Source: Klebsormidium nitens (lineage: Eukaryota > Plantae > Klebsormidiophyceae). Taken from it: 64,000 nt of DNA. The stretch is taken from NCBI GenBank assembly GCA_000708835.1, contig DF237444.1, positions 4,217 through 68,216 on the forward strand. The letters are read 5' to 3'. Of this stretch, positions 1 through 12,400 are shown one piece after another (within the stretch, counting starts at the first letter, position 1; every line of letters begins with the position of its first letter). The notes below the pieces were generated by a model that was given only the letters and a program-made list of their open reading frames with translations, was not told the origin of the DNA and did not search any database. The translations under genes and the position numbers were made by a program.

Positions 1-401
1 GGCTCAGCAGGGGCATCCAGGGAACTGTGATGAGGAGGAGGAAACCAGAGAAATGCTTCGCGTCGCTTCCTAGTGGGGAAAGATTTGAGGGTACGAACAA
101 AACTTGACCCCGATTGCGACGCTGATAGAAACGCCAAACTAGAGTAGTCAAGCAAAAACTTTGAAGCACACTCAGGGCAGGCATGGCGTGTTTGCAACGA
201 ATTCAAGAGCAGACTGTTGCTAGGACCCCGTCAGTTTCTTCCTGTTTCTAAACAGATTTGCTGATCATGATCTCTCTTTTCAAAAATAGAGAAATCTTTC
301 TTTGAGAACCTTCATATATCTAACGATTTCTCAAAATCACTCCATCAAGTCTATTTGTGCTTGAAGCTTGTTCTTCTCGACACCCGACCAGAGGCGCTGA
401 C

Positions 402-3400
402 CTGTGGTCCGCGTCGTCCTGCGGCCCCGTCAGCTGGTGGTCCACGGTGAAGGTGAGGCCGCGCTTGAACGCGATGGCGTGCCGGTTCAGCTTGACGAGC
501 AGGCTCTGGTGCAGGTCGCGCGTGCGGCACTTGAGGCGCAGCTGGTGCGGGATGCGCATCTTGGCGCCCCCCAGCGACAAGATCGCCGTCCACGCAATTG
601 CCACCTCCAGGCGGCCCTCGATGCCCGCCACTGACACCATGTCTGCGCCCCCAGCCGCACGGCGAGTCAGAGGATTGAGGTTTTGTCATGGCGGGGAAAG
701 ACGGTGGCCCCAAGAGCCGTTGCTGGCAAAAGAGAAGCAGTGAAAAGGACCCAGGCCAGAGTGGAAGTAACAAACGCGTGAAGCTGATTGGGCAGGATTC
801 GGTAGCAAGCGGAACTCGTGCTTGCATCGCCATCAGCCGTCACGACAGCTGTTCAAGGTCCAAAATCTTCGACTCAAAAATCACCAGGACAGTCTTATAT
901 GCATCTACATAGCATAGGGAAGCGTGTCGAGACCTCCTCGTTGTGAGAAAGGAGATTGCCTGGTAAACTCTCTGAAAAAGCGTGGGGCCACTTCGGAGCC
1001 GCACCTTGGTAGTTGACGACGGCCTTGGCCTTGTGGCTGCGGATGTCGAAGTAGATGACGCGCTGGTCCGTCATCAGCAGCGCCTTGTGCTCCTGGATCT
1101 GCAAGTAGTCCACGATGCGCTCGCCCGCGTAGCGACCCCCGTTCAGCAGGCTCAGCGTCGTCGCCAGAATCTGAAACTCCTTTGACGACGCCTGCAGATG
1201 GGCGCGAACATACGAGGTGTCAGCACAGTCCTTCTGCTGGACATGCGTGAAAATACCACAACAGCATCTACTTCGACTGATGCTTCGAGGAGTCGCATCC
1301 TAAAACGAAAACGGACGGTAGAAAGTGGACCAAGGAAAGGTGGGGCATTTTCAGGAGTTGCACGCCGGTTAATAAAATTCTCATCGGAACCAAGGAAGCA
1401 TTTGCGACGAGATAACCAAGGCATCCCTCATTCCCACAAGCAAGCCTCCGCAAATCACGCCGACGCCGAGCCCTTCCCCTCTCACCTGTACGCCTTCCTC
1501 CCGGCCAAAGTTGCGCGGGGGCCGCACCCGCACGAGGGGCGCCCTGATGACGTCATCCCCGATGTTGCGGATCCCCGTGCCGACCCCGCCCGCGGTCTTG
1601 GACATGCACGCGAAGATGCCGGACAGCGGCTTGGTGACCGCGCCCACCAGGCCGTGCCCCGTGCCCTGCACGCACCCCACCACGCCGTTCTCCTCCGCGC
1701 CCGCCAGCGGGCTCGTCACCAGGCCGCCGATGCCCTCGTAGCAACCCTGGCCCACGCCCTGCGAACGCAGCGAATGGCGGATTTTGTTTGTAAGGTGACT
1801 AGGCTGATCTCGGAATATGAGATCTTGTTCCAGAAGTCAGCAGCGAGCTGGTCCGTCGTCTGAGTGCGCAAGGGGCCTCAATCCAATGGGGAAGTGGGAA
1901 ATCTGCAACCATATCCACACCCTCAGCCAAGAAGAAGCCGACGCTCTGATCTTACCGAGAGCAAGAGCAAGAGCTCTTCGTGTGTAGGCGCGAGCTGTGG
2001 TCGTGATTCAAACGATTACTAAATTGTGCGAACACCGTCATCTTCAGAAGAGAGGAGGGAGTTGGCCCAAACGCTTCAGAGCGCAGGGGGCCCCAATCCA
2101 GCGGTGACCTGGGACCTTTGCAGAGCGAAGCCGCACATACTCTGACAAAACGGCAAGAGCTTTCCGTCCGCGATGCGTGCTTGTGCTTTACCTGCGCGCC
2201 CTGGATGAAGGCCTCCTGCGTGTTGGCGGGCCGCTCGGAGAAGCGCTGCACGAAGTCGTCGTCGAGGGAGAGCACGGCGAGGCCCTTGCTGACGCTGCCC
2301 ATGAGCAGGCTCATGAAGTTGAACACGCCGTACGCGCTGTTCTTCACCAGGCTGATCGACCCAGCCGCCGCGCCCTTGAAAAACTCCTCCGGCCTGCCAC
2401 ACGGGATATGGGCAACCGTCAGCAGCAACCACGATCCTTCACACGCTCTGGATGGGCGAGTGCAGTAAACCAGTTCATCGATCATGTTGCGCGGACCCTC
2501 CTTTGCTTGTTAGTACTTTTACCGCCCAGCTCTGCACTCCATTCCCTTATTAAAGTCGTATACCACTTCACCTTGCAACCACTCGGGACGACAAGAACAC
2601 CTTCCAACATCCCTTCGACAAAACTTCTTAATTATGGAACCAAGGATGGAAAGGTGTAAAAAGCAAAAATGCGGAGAAAGAGTGGTTACGTGGTGGCCTT
2701 GGCCGGCTCGGTGAAGAAGTCGAGGACGCCGGTGCCGAGGGAGTGCACGAGGCTGACGGGCGAGCCGAGCAGGTCGAGGCTGCCCAGGATCTTGTGGATC
2801 TCCTGCAGGCTCTGGATCAGGTAGTGGTTCGACACCGCGCGCACCAGCCGGTCGCTGTTCAGAAACACGTTGTCCAGCACCAGGCTGCACGCAAAAGAAC
2901 AGGTTGCGGGGTCAATCAGGAAGTTGCAAGTTCGGATCTTATTGAGATGACCGTGGCGGACAGATTTGGCTGAAGAGAGTTTAATCAAGGGCGCCGACTG
3001 TACCGCAATCAAGATACAGCTTTCGTTCAATCAATCATAGCAGCTTTCTGTGGGACAAGCCACCTGGCACAAGGCTGAGAGCAAGCACTGACGGTCTTTC
3101 AGCGGCTCGGAACACTTTGGTGACGGGGACAAGTATGCGGCGGCGGCGGCGCTCACCTGTTGAGGCGCAGCGGCGCGGTGGTGAAGGAGACGAGCGGGAA
3201 GCCGAGCGCGGAGGCGTACTTGCGGACCTGCCAGGCGGCGTTGTCGGCCTCGCGCCAGCCGGGGTCCACCGCGAAGTCGACGTTGACGCGCACGGGGCGG
3301 ATGCAGAAGCGCTCGAAGTACCAGCGCGTGCCCTGCTTGCCCGTCACCCAGTTGGCCGGGTCCAGCAGCGAGTGCGAGTACGCGTCCTGCAGCAAGAACG

Positions 3401-6400
3401 ACGGCTCCGCCCACGACGACTGCACGGGGGGGCGAGGAGTGGGTCAGAGGACAGGTCGGCAAGAGCCGAAAACAATCGATGTCGTGTTAGAGGCATTAAG
3501 CACATCACCGGAAGTGGCACGGAAGTGAGGCCGATTGGCGAATTGAACGATAAAGATGAGACTGCTTGGAGGCAAAGGTATTGTTGATATTTCAAGCTCC
3601 GACCTTGCAACAACATTCGAAAGACGGAAAGACAAGTGGCCCCTTGCTGTGCACACCAGAGCCTCCGCCTAAGGGAGGAGGATGGCGGCTTGCCCCCCAC
3701 TTGATTCAATTGTCGTCTGGAGAGACAACAGCAGCATACGAATGCACTCAAGGGGAGGTACACTCAAAACTGTTAAATGTCTGCACTGCGCTCTCAAAAA
3801 ACAGCCTGGTACCACGCTACGGATCATTCAGATTGTGAGTCCCTCACCGCTGCGGCGTACTTGGGGTCGTGCAGGTCTTGCAGGGGCAGGCCGTGCGCGT
3901 ACGCGATGAGCGCGTCCACGAAGTCCTCCTCCAGGTGCAGGTCCACCTCTTGCAGCATGAACAGGAAATTCTTGAAATACGTGATGCCCGGCTGCCCGCC
4001 CAGCACCGCCCACTCCAGCGTCACCAGCGGCAGCCCCACCGCCTTCTCGCGCTCGCGCCGCACGTTCTGCACACGGGTTCCGAACCATTGGTTTGTACCG
4101 TCCACTCGGAGAAGCATAGTAGGGCAATGAGTATGTCGTATGCAAACAAAAGGACAAACATCTAGGCGGCCGGCCTCTCCCAGGGCATGGCTCCTAGCTT
4201 AGCCGTTCGGTGATCGGCTGGAAAGGAACGAAACTCATGGAATCTGAACGAGCGGTCCTGCGGGTCTGCGGCTCCAGTACATCCAGCGATTATGGAGGGA
4301 CTTTCTCGCTGCCAAGCCTCCAAGCAGGCTTTCTTGCGGGCGCCTTGAGGAGCAGCCCAGTACATCTTGCTCCGGAACAAGCTGCGCCCCACCTGCGCCT
4401 TGATGAGCACGACGGGCTGCGTCGTTGTAAGCAGCTGGTTGTCGACCTGCGCGCTGCCGATGGTCAGCTCGTACACCTGCTCGCGCTCCGACACGCGCCG
4501 CGCAAAGTGCAGCCCGCCCAGCGTCACGCGCGCAATCTCGCGCGGCACGTGGTCCACCACCGACAAGCCCACGCCCGCCAGATTCACCTGCAACCGAGCG
4601 GTATTACGTCAGCAATAAAGGCGGAACGAATCTGGTTTCGAGAGGCGCTGTTCCCGAGGGCCGGGCCGGCGACACAGGGTAAACGTGCGGCGGCAGATAT
4701 CGGATGGCGGAGTTGTCAAGCCTGGAGTACGCGAGCACTGGTACTCTGTACATGCACTGCGACGCAAGTGAGGCCCGCCTTGGAACATTTTCCCCTCCAG
4801 ATCAACTGCATCCAATCAGGCAAACATGTGATGGCCTTTGTACAAGGATGCTAGAGTGTACATTGGGCGCCCACCTCAAGCACGTGGCCTTGGTCCTCGT
4901 CGGTGGCGACGACGTCGGAGCGCCAGTGCAGGCGCAGGCGGAGGTCCCCCGTGACGCGGTCCTTCTCGGTGCGCTTCTGCAGCGTGAGCCACTGGTAGCG
5001 CGGCAGCGTGTCGTCCAGGTACGCCACCGGCACGTTCACCTCGCCCACGAACACGTCCGCGCCCACCGCGCGCCGGCTGAACACCTGCGCACAGGAAAAG
5101 GGGCATTCAGAAATTGTTGCTGCGAATTGCACGTCGAAAAGAGCCTGATCATCGTCCCTTGCAAAAAGGTTTAAGTCGCAAAAGCAGAACAAGTTCAGCC
5201 ACTTGGCCGCATCCACCGCTGCAGCAGCTTGGGGCAGGGGCAACAGGCGCCTTCTCGCTCGGGCCTCGCACGATGAAAGGATTGGCCCCTCTATCTTGCT
5301 GCCACGTAGTCCTCCTTTCCTCACCTGCGCAGTGAGCGTGGCCGAGTGCGGCACGCCGTCGAAGACAAAGGCCTCGTTCCAGACGGGGAAGTAGCTGTCG
5401 TGCACCACGGCGGTGCGCCCGGGGAGCGCCCCCTGGCAGCCCACCACCACATACGCATCACACGAGCGCTGCAGCCCGGGCACTCCCCCGGCCGCCACGC
5501 TGGACAGGTGGCGCGCCTCCACCACCTTCACCGCCAGCTGGCCGACCTCCTCCTTCTTCGCCGTGCGCGACGGGCCCAGCGCGGGCTTCTTCAAACTCCG
5601 CATCTTGCGCATTTTCAGCTTGAGCGGCCGGAAGGGGGGCTGGATGACAAGGGCCTGGGGCCCCCCCTCGCGGTCGTCCATCATCTCGCGGTTGATGGCC
5701 ACCAGCTCCTCGAGCTGCGCGAGCTCTTGCTCTTTTTGGGCGACGGTCAGCGTCATGAGCTCCAGCTGCGTGGCGGTCCAGGACGTGGCCAGCCGGATGC
5801 GGCCGCTGACGCGGTCGCGCGCGTTGCGGCGGCCCAGCGTGTACCACGACAGGTCGCGGTCCAGGGTGTCGCCGGACACCAGCGGGAGGTACACCTGGCA
5901 GAGAGGAGGGAGAACGGGGGGTATGAGTGGGGCGGAGAGAGAGCTGGGAGGCAAAGGGTGTCAGAGGTCAGCGAGCTCTCTCACATCTACGTGCCTCGCC
6001 TGGCCAAGGAAGCTTTCTTCTCTGCAGAAGAAGAAGAAACGGAAGTTGAGTCGATTACGCGAGAAGGACCAAGAGGGACGGAAATACCAGGCCATCCAAC
6101 AGCGAGAGAAAAAAGGGTTTGGATGAAGAAAGCGCAGCACGCAGCTGCATGCTACTGCATGCGATTGAGCCCGAAACAGACAACTGCGTTGTCACTTTGG
6201 CAATCCCAGAATCATGCGTCATCAAAAGCGGGCAAGAGCAGGATTTCCATAGCAAAGCGAGCCTCTTTAGCTGAGTTGCTCGAGCTGTCCCGAGCAATCT
6301 TCTATCTTGGCAACTGTCTTCCAGCGCAGCACCTTTTGACGAAAAGGAAAACGAGTCCCCACGGGTCGCGCTCACCTCCCCCAGGAAGACGTCCCGCCCG

Positions 6401-9400
6401 ACCCGCTCCGCGCTGAAGACGCTGACGTGCAAGTCCGCGGACGTGCGCACGGCCTTGAACGCCAGCTCCTCGTTCCACTGCGGCTGCGTCGTGCGGCTGC
6501 GCGCCGCGCTGCGCTTGCGCTGCAGCTCCACCTCCACCACGCAGTACGGGTTGCAGTGCTCGCGCTTGCTCGCCAAACCCTCCGCGCTCACCAGCCGCAC
6601 CACCAGGTCGCCCCCAAGCACCTCGCCCTCCTCCACCGCGCTCAGCTTTCGCGCATGCGCCGCCAAACTGTCTCGGTACACCTCTTCCTCGGCCGGCCCG
6701 CCGCTGCGGCGCTGTGTCCGGGGGTCGACTTCCGGCGACTCCTCCACCTCGCTCGGCCCCCACACCGTGTGGGGGTTCCTCATGACCGGCAGGTGGTTGA
6801 CATTGACGCGGCGCGCGGCGTACACGGTGCGCGATACCGCGGCGCCCAATGTGTCCCCCACAACCTCGGTTCCCCCCAGGAATGTCGCGGCCGCCGCCCC
6901 CGCCGCTGACTGCACAAACTGCTCGGCGCGGTCGCCTCGCGTCGCGGCCAGCGCGTTGCTGACGGCAGCGGCCGCGATCGCGGCGGCGGCGAACTTATGG
7001 AAGCCCTCGACGGAGTCTAGGGATATTCGGGTTTGCCGGCGCGACGACGACGCACGCGCGGCCGGGAAATCCTCCCGGGCATCGAGGAAGGAGCCGTCGC
7101 TGTCCGATTCGGAAACGTTTGTGGCGTGCCCGTTGGAGAAGAGCCCGTTCTCGCCCCAACGCACCAGCTCGCCTCCGCCCTCCGACTGCTCGTCCGTGTC
7201 GTCAGAGCTTCTCCACCGGTTGCCGCCCATTCCCCGTTGCAAGGAAGAAGCGAGTCCATTTCCATTCCTTTCCGGCGTCGCTGGTTCAAGGCCTGAAGAC
7301 AGCGTCTCCGCCAAGCTGGCATCCGGCTCGTGCCCTTTTTCCTCGGCTTCCAATACTCTGTTCGACTCCCGGGCAAAGATGTCCGCACTTGACAAAGATT
7401 GCAAACTCTGCGCGTTAAGAGGACCCATCAGAGGGTTCTGGATCATCTCCGACCCGAATGCTTGCAGACGAGGCTGGCCGTCTCCTTCCGCTTGATCGCC
7501 TGCTGGCTGACTCATCTTCAGCTCTGCCTCGGCCAATGCGGGCGACCATGCCCCATCTACTTCAGAATGGACCGCTGGCTGCACACCAACCGTCTGCACT
7601 GCTTTTCGCACATCGCTGTTCATCAGTGCCAGCTCAGCATCCCGACTGAACTCCTCCTTTTCCTTCCGCCGCTTGCTTTTTCTCATCCTCAACCGTTCCA
7701 TCGCTGCCGCCAGAACGCCCTTCCCCGACCCCGCACTTTTCGCATGTCCGTTCGCCCCCTCCTGCCGGCTGCTCGTCCCACTCAGAGCGATGACGTCACT
7801 ATCACGTGAAACCGACGGCACTTCCGTCAGCTGGCCACCAGAGCCATGCCCCCCGTTGACCGACGACCCAGCATCCAATGTAGCTGAAGCTGGCAGCTGC
7901 CGTTCCACTGCGAGTCGCTCCATCTCCCTTCCAGACACCTCCGTGAGGCCACCCTTCGGCTTCAGACGCTCGAGCACCTCCACCGCCGCCGCTTTCGACG
8001 CGGCCGCCGACCTGGCGAGCGGAGACAGCGGCCGCGGTCTAAGCGGAGCCACTGTTGGCCCGCTATCAGCTGGCTTGCGCAATGCTGCCTCTTCGTCGGC
8101 TGCCGCGGGCGCTTCTTGCGCTCCCTCGAAACCCGGACCCCCCGACGCGAATCGGGCAACTTTGGGACCACTGTCCCGGCTGCCGGCCCCTGCTGCTCTC
8201 GCCCGTTCTAGTTCAGCTGCCATCCAGTGCCTGTGGCCCAGCCCGTCTTCAGGATCGAATACGCGAGCAGACAGCCCCCCCCCGCCTCTCTCCGCTTCTT
8301 GCAGCCGGCTCTCGATACTCAACGACCTCCTCGTCTCTGCGAGGGTCGGCCGCTCGATGTGAGCTTCCTCCACTTCGGGCGGCAGCGACTGGTTCCTGCG
8401 GTGACCCCCGGACCGCATCGGCACCAGCGGGCTCGTGAAGATGTGCCTCTCGCCATCGTTCCCGGTGGGCGAGAAAAACAGATCGGGGCTGGTAGGTCGG
8501 CTGCTCAGCGCGCTGCCCGCCCCAGGCGGGGCGTGCGGGGCGTCCTTGTGCGACCCCCAAGAGAAGCGCCTGGCGCGCTCCAGAAACGATCGCCGCTGCT
8601 CCAGCTTGCGCTGGTGCATCTCCACCGAAGCGGTGGGGGACTGCGGGAGGAGAGAGCCCGGGGGGGTGCCGTCCGCGCCGGAGGTCGCAGACTGGACCAG
8701 GGGGGGACGCTCGCCGGTTGTGGGGTCGATGGGCTCCTGGCAAGCCACCAGTCGATTGTCAGTGAATAACGGAGGAATCGACACTGATAGCCGGACAACT
8801 TATCACCGCTGTTCGTAGGGCACTTCCTTAGGGTTCTTCAAAAGATCACCGAGTCAGGCCAATGTCCCCTGCCAGAAGCGCACATCCAGTAACTTGCACA
8901 GACATCGTAGTGCAATGTGAATGCGCTACTGTGCGCTCCACACCTGGTGCCTGACGGGGAGGGGCAGCGCGGGGTCGGCGAGCGCGTCTTGTGCGGCGTC
9001 CTTCTGCTGCTCCAGCAGGCGGCGCACCAAGGCCAGCCGGGCGTCCAGGTGCTGCAGCCGGCGGACCACCAGCTGCCGCTCCGCCTCCTCCGTCTCTCTG
9101 GAAAGCGTACCCCAACGGGTCAGACTTCAAACTAAGGGCTTTGGTATTCACTTAGGATTGGCTTTCACTTAGCATCGGACGATATAAGGCGTTCGCGCTG
9201 GGGTTTGCTACACTGGCTGATGTGTTGAACCTTGCTTTCCCCGAAGCAAGCACAGCTAGAAGATTTAAGATATTTTCAAAGAGCTTCCACATTCAGAACG
9301 AAGGCCTGAAAGTAGAACGGAGCAAAGTGCTGCCTCACAGACTTCGAGGCTGCTTCCCGTATCGAAGCTTGACATGTACGCTCAGAGAATAAGGAAGCGG

Positions 9401-12400
9401 TGAGCCTAGGAAACATCTTCTCCTGGAAACAATCCTTGTTCCCAAGATATTGGCTCTAGATCCAAGCCATTGATGAAAGATCAAGAGGATACCCTGGCTG
9501 CGCCCTACGGCCGTGCTCACTTGGAGTACTGGCTCTCCACGTCCGAGAAGGACAACACACGGGTGGCCCCATCCGCATACACGTTCACGTAGATCTTCTC
9601 AGCGAGCGACTCGTCCGACTGGTCGCTGCCGCCGCGGTTGCCAAGGAAGCTGCAATAAGAGTCATTTGCGTGAGAGTGAGGGAGTGCGCAAGCTTCCTTC
9701 AGCATCTCGTCTTTGGAAAGACTTTGATTCACAAAGTGCAATCTCGTGGCGCAAGAAGTTGCAAGACGAAACGCACCATCGTTGGACTGAAGAATCAGCA
9801 GCAGAAGGGACGCAAGCAAAAGCAAAAGGAAAGCCGGTTGCGAGTGCTATTCCAACAGCGGAGCAAGCGAAAACCATTTGCTTCATGCGTCTCCTGTGTA
9901 GTGGGGCGGCAGTTGGGCTGACCCGCTCTTGGCGGGCCCCCGCAGCACGATGGGCTGCCGCACTTTAATGTCGTCCAGCGAGTACTCGCGCACCACGGGG
10001 GGCACCGTGCCCAACACCTGGACCACCAGCAGGTTCGGCGCCTTGGGCTGCGCAGTACGAATACGCACCGGGTCAGAGCAGTGGATAGGAAGGAACGGTC
10101 AAGCGCTGTCTGGCTGGAAGTAATAGATTACGCAACCTTGATCAGAGAGCGGCTTGTAAGCTGGACCAGAACAAGTGACCTCTACACCATCTTGCAGGAG
10201 TTTTACATATTCCAGAACTAAGACAGGCAAGCAAAGACCTTCCTGCTGCCCCAGATCGAGCTTTGCCACGACACCAAAATTTGAAAGTTCGATGGTATAG
10301 ATTGCCCGTCTTCGGCTCTCTGTGCTGCTAACCTGGTCCCAAGCGTAGGGGATGGCCTGCTTGCTCTCCAGCAGCTGCCACGCGTTGATGTTCTTCTGGC
10401 TGATCTGGAAGGCCATGCGCGCACAGCGGTTCTCGACGCGGTACGGAATGCGCTGACTGGCCTGGTCCGAGTTGTCGCACAGCTCAAACGTGATCAGTGC
10501 CGACGCACCGTTGAGCGAAACGTCGATTACGAAGATCGAGTACTCCCCTGCACCAGGAGGGAGAGCCATGAGATTCTCAACGGGGAGCAGCGCAGTCGGC
10601 ACGGAAGGAGAGAGGGTGCAGCGACTAAGCTTTCAGATTAGCTTTCAAGCAACGGCTGAACCTTTGTCCATTTTTCGTGACCCTTCACCTATCATGTTCC
10701 GCTCTTGCTGGAAGCCAAGACGGCTCTCGTGTTCGTGTCGACCAAAAAGCATGCAGCAAAAGAAAGCAGAACTCCCAGCGGAGACGTGCGAAGCCCGTAC
10801 GTGTTCCTGCATTGCGAACCCTGATCCCGAACTCGCCGGCCTTGTCAATCTCGAAGCTGCCGGACCAGTCCCAGACGCCGTCCAGCGGCCGGATCTGCAA
10901 CCGGTCCTCCGCCCCGTCGTGGTCCCAGTGATACGCCTCGCGCACGCCGTCGCAGAGTGTCTGCACACGGAGAAAGGGGCGTAGCTTTTGAACTTAGGGC
11001 AGGCGCTTGCAGCTGAAAGTGAAGTGGAGTGCATTCTACGAGATCCAACTGTTGCTCCCGGACACTTACACTCTAAAGCGATTGCCGTTTGGACCCCTGT
11101 CCGAGACCATGCTACCAAGACAATGCTCAACTCTACCAGTCGTGACTGCAGGATACTGGACAGATAAACATACCAAACCGACTTGAACGTCCACGTGGCT
11201 CACCCGGATGCTGGCGGTGTCGACCTGGCGGTACTGGATGTCGATGCCGCTCTTGTTCATGAGCACGAAGCGCGGCGTGATGGTGATGATCTTGGTGCGG
11301 TGGTACCACGGCGACGGCGCCAGGTTGATCTGCACGCCCAGCTCATACCGCATCGCCACCTGCGCGCGCAGCACGCACCCACGATTTATCTTGGCCGCAT
11401 CCTTAAGCGCTGCATCGGTGAAAGGTCTTCCAGACACGCGTTCCGTATGCGCTTCAAACAGATCCACGATCGGCTTACCAGACGGGCAGAGGAGCGGCTA
11501 CTAAATATCCCAAGGGAAACTCTGTCTGCAGCAGTACTGGGGTGGAAAAGTGAGTGCTGGCCCAGATCTCCAACCGTATAGACAGAATTCTTTATGGGAG
11601 CTGGTCCGCGCACCTTTTGGTGCGTCTTGGTGAGGTCGGAGGTGACCTGCACGGCCCCGATGATGCCGACGGAGTCGATGGGGATGTTCTTGGACCAGCG
11701 CGTGCCCGGCAGGCTCACGATGCTCTTGCTGCCGCCCCCGCAACCGTACAGCACCGGCCGAAGCTCGTCGTCGTCGTCCTGCACAGCACACGTACCTATC
11801 AGACGTCAAATCATGGCTACATTTAATGAGGTTTTCGGCAGGAGACGGGTGGGGCTGGTTTGAGGTTTCTAGGTCAACAGGGGAGCATCTGACTCCGGGT
11901 GTCTGGGGGTTCTGTTTGTGTGAGCCTGGGGTTTTGATGCAATTCAACGTGGGCCAAAGTGTAAACAAAATTGAAATGCACCTGCGTCGCCCACTGCACA
12001 AAGCGGGCGACCGTTGGACCGGGCCTCCAGCTTTGCGCATAATTGCTGGACCTCGCAGGACTGAAGTCTGCACAAACAGGCCAAAGCTACACAGACTCGA
12101 ACGCACAGTACACAAACGAGCGTTACTTCCACTTTGGAGAGCGTCGTAGATGATCCAGCCTGCCAAACGTCTCCAGCAACGATGCAATTGCCGCTCACCC
12201 GCTGCGGGGAGCACACGGTTGGCTCCTTGGTCTGGTTCCGCGCCGCAAAGTAGAGCAGCAAGTTGGTGCGGTTCATAATCCAATACTTGGAGAAGATGAC
12301 CACGCGGCGCGCGCGGGCGCGGCTGGTGGCGCGATTCTCAATCTGCAGGCGCAGCTTACGCAGGCCGCCCGTCGGTTGCAGCACCATCTCGCGCGGCAGC

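Noticed and set aside
1198-8769. Many long plus-strand ORFs opposite VPS13 exons (e.g. 4210-4854, 5346-6416, 6443-7495)
   Set aside because: Antisense or alternative-frame shadows of GC3-rich exons; no recognisable motifs or splice support.
4851-8784. A stand-alone C2-domain gene (ORFs 6055-8784 and 4851-5954)
   Set aside because: These exons splice in phase with conserved VPS13 exons on both sides and have no own start or stop; the ORF ends are intron read-through.
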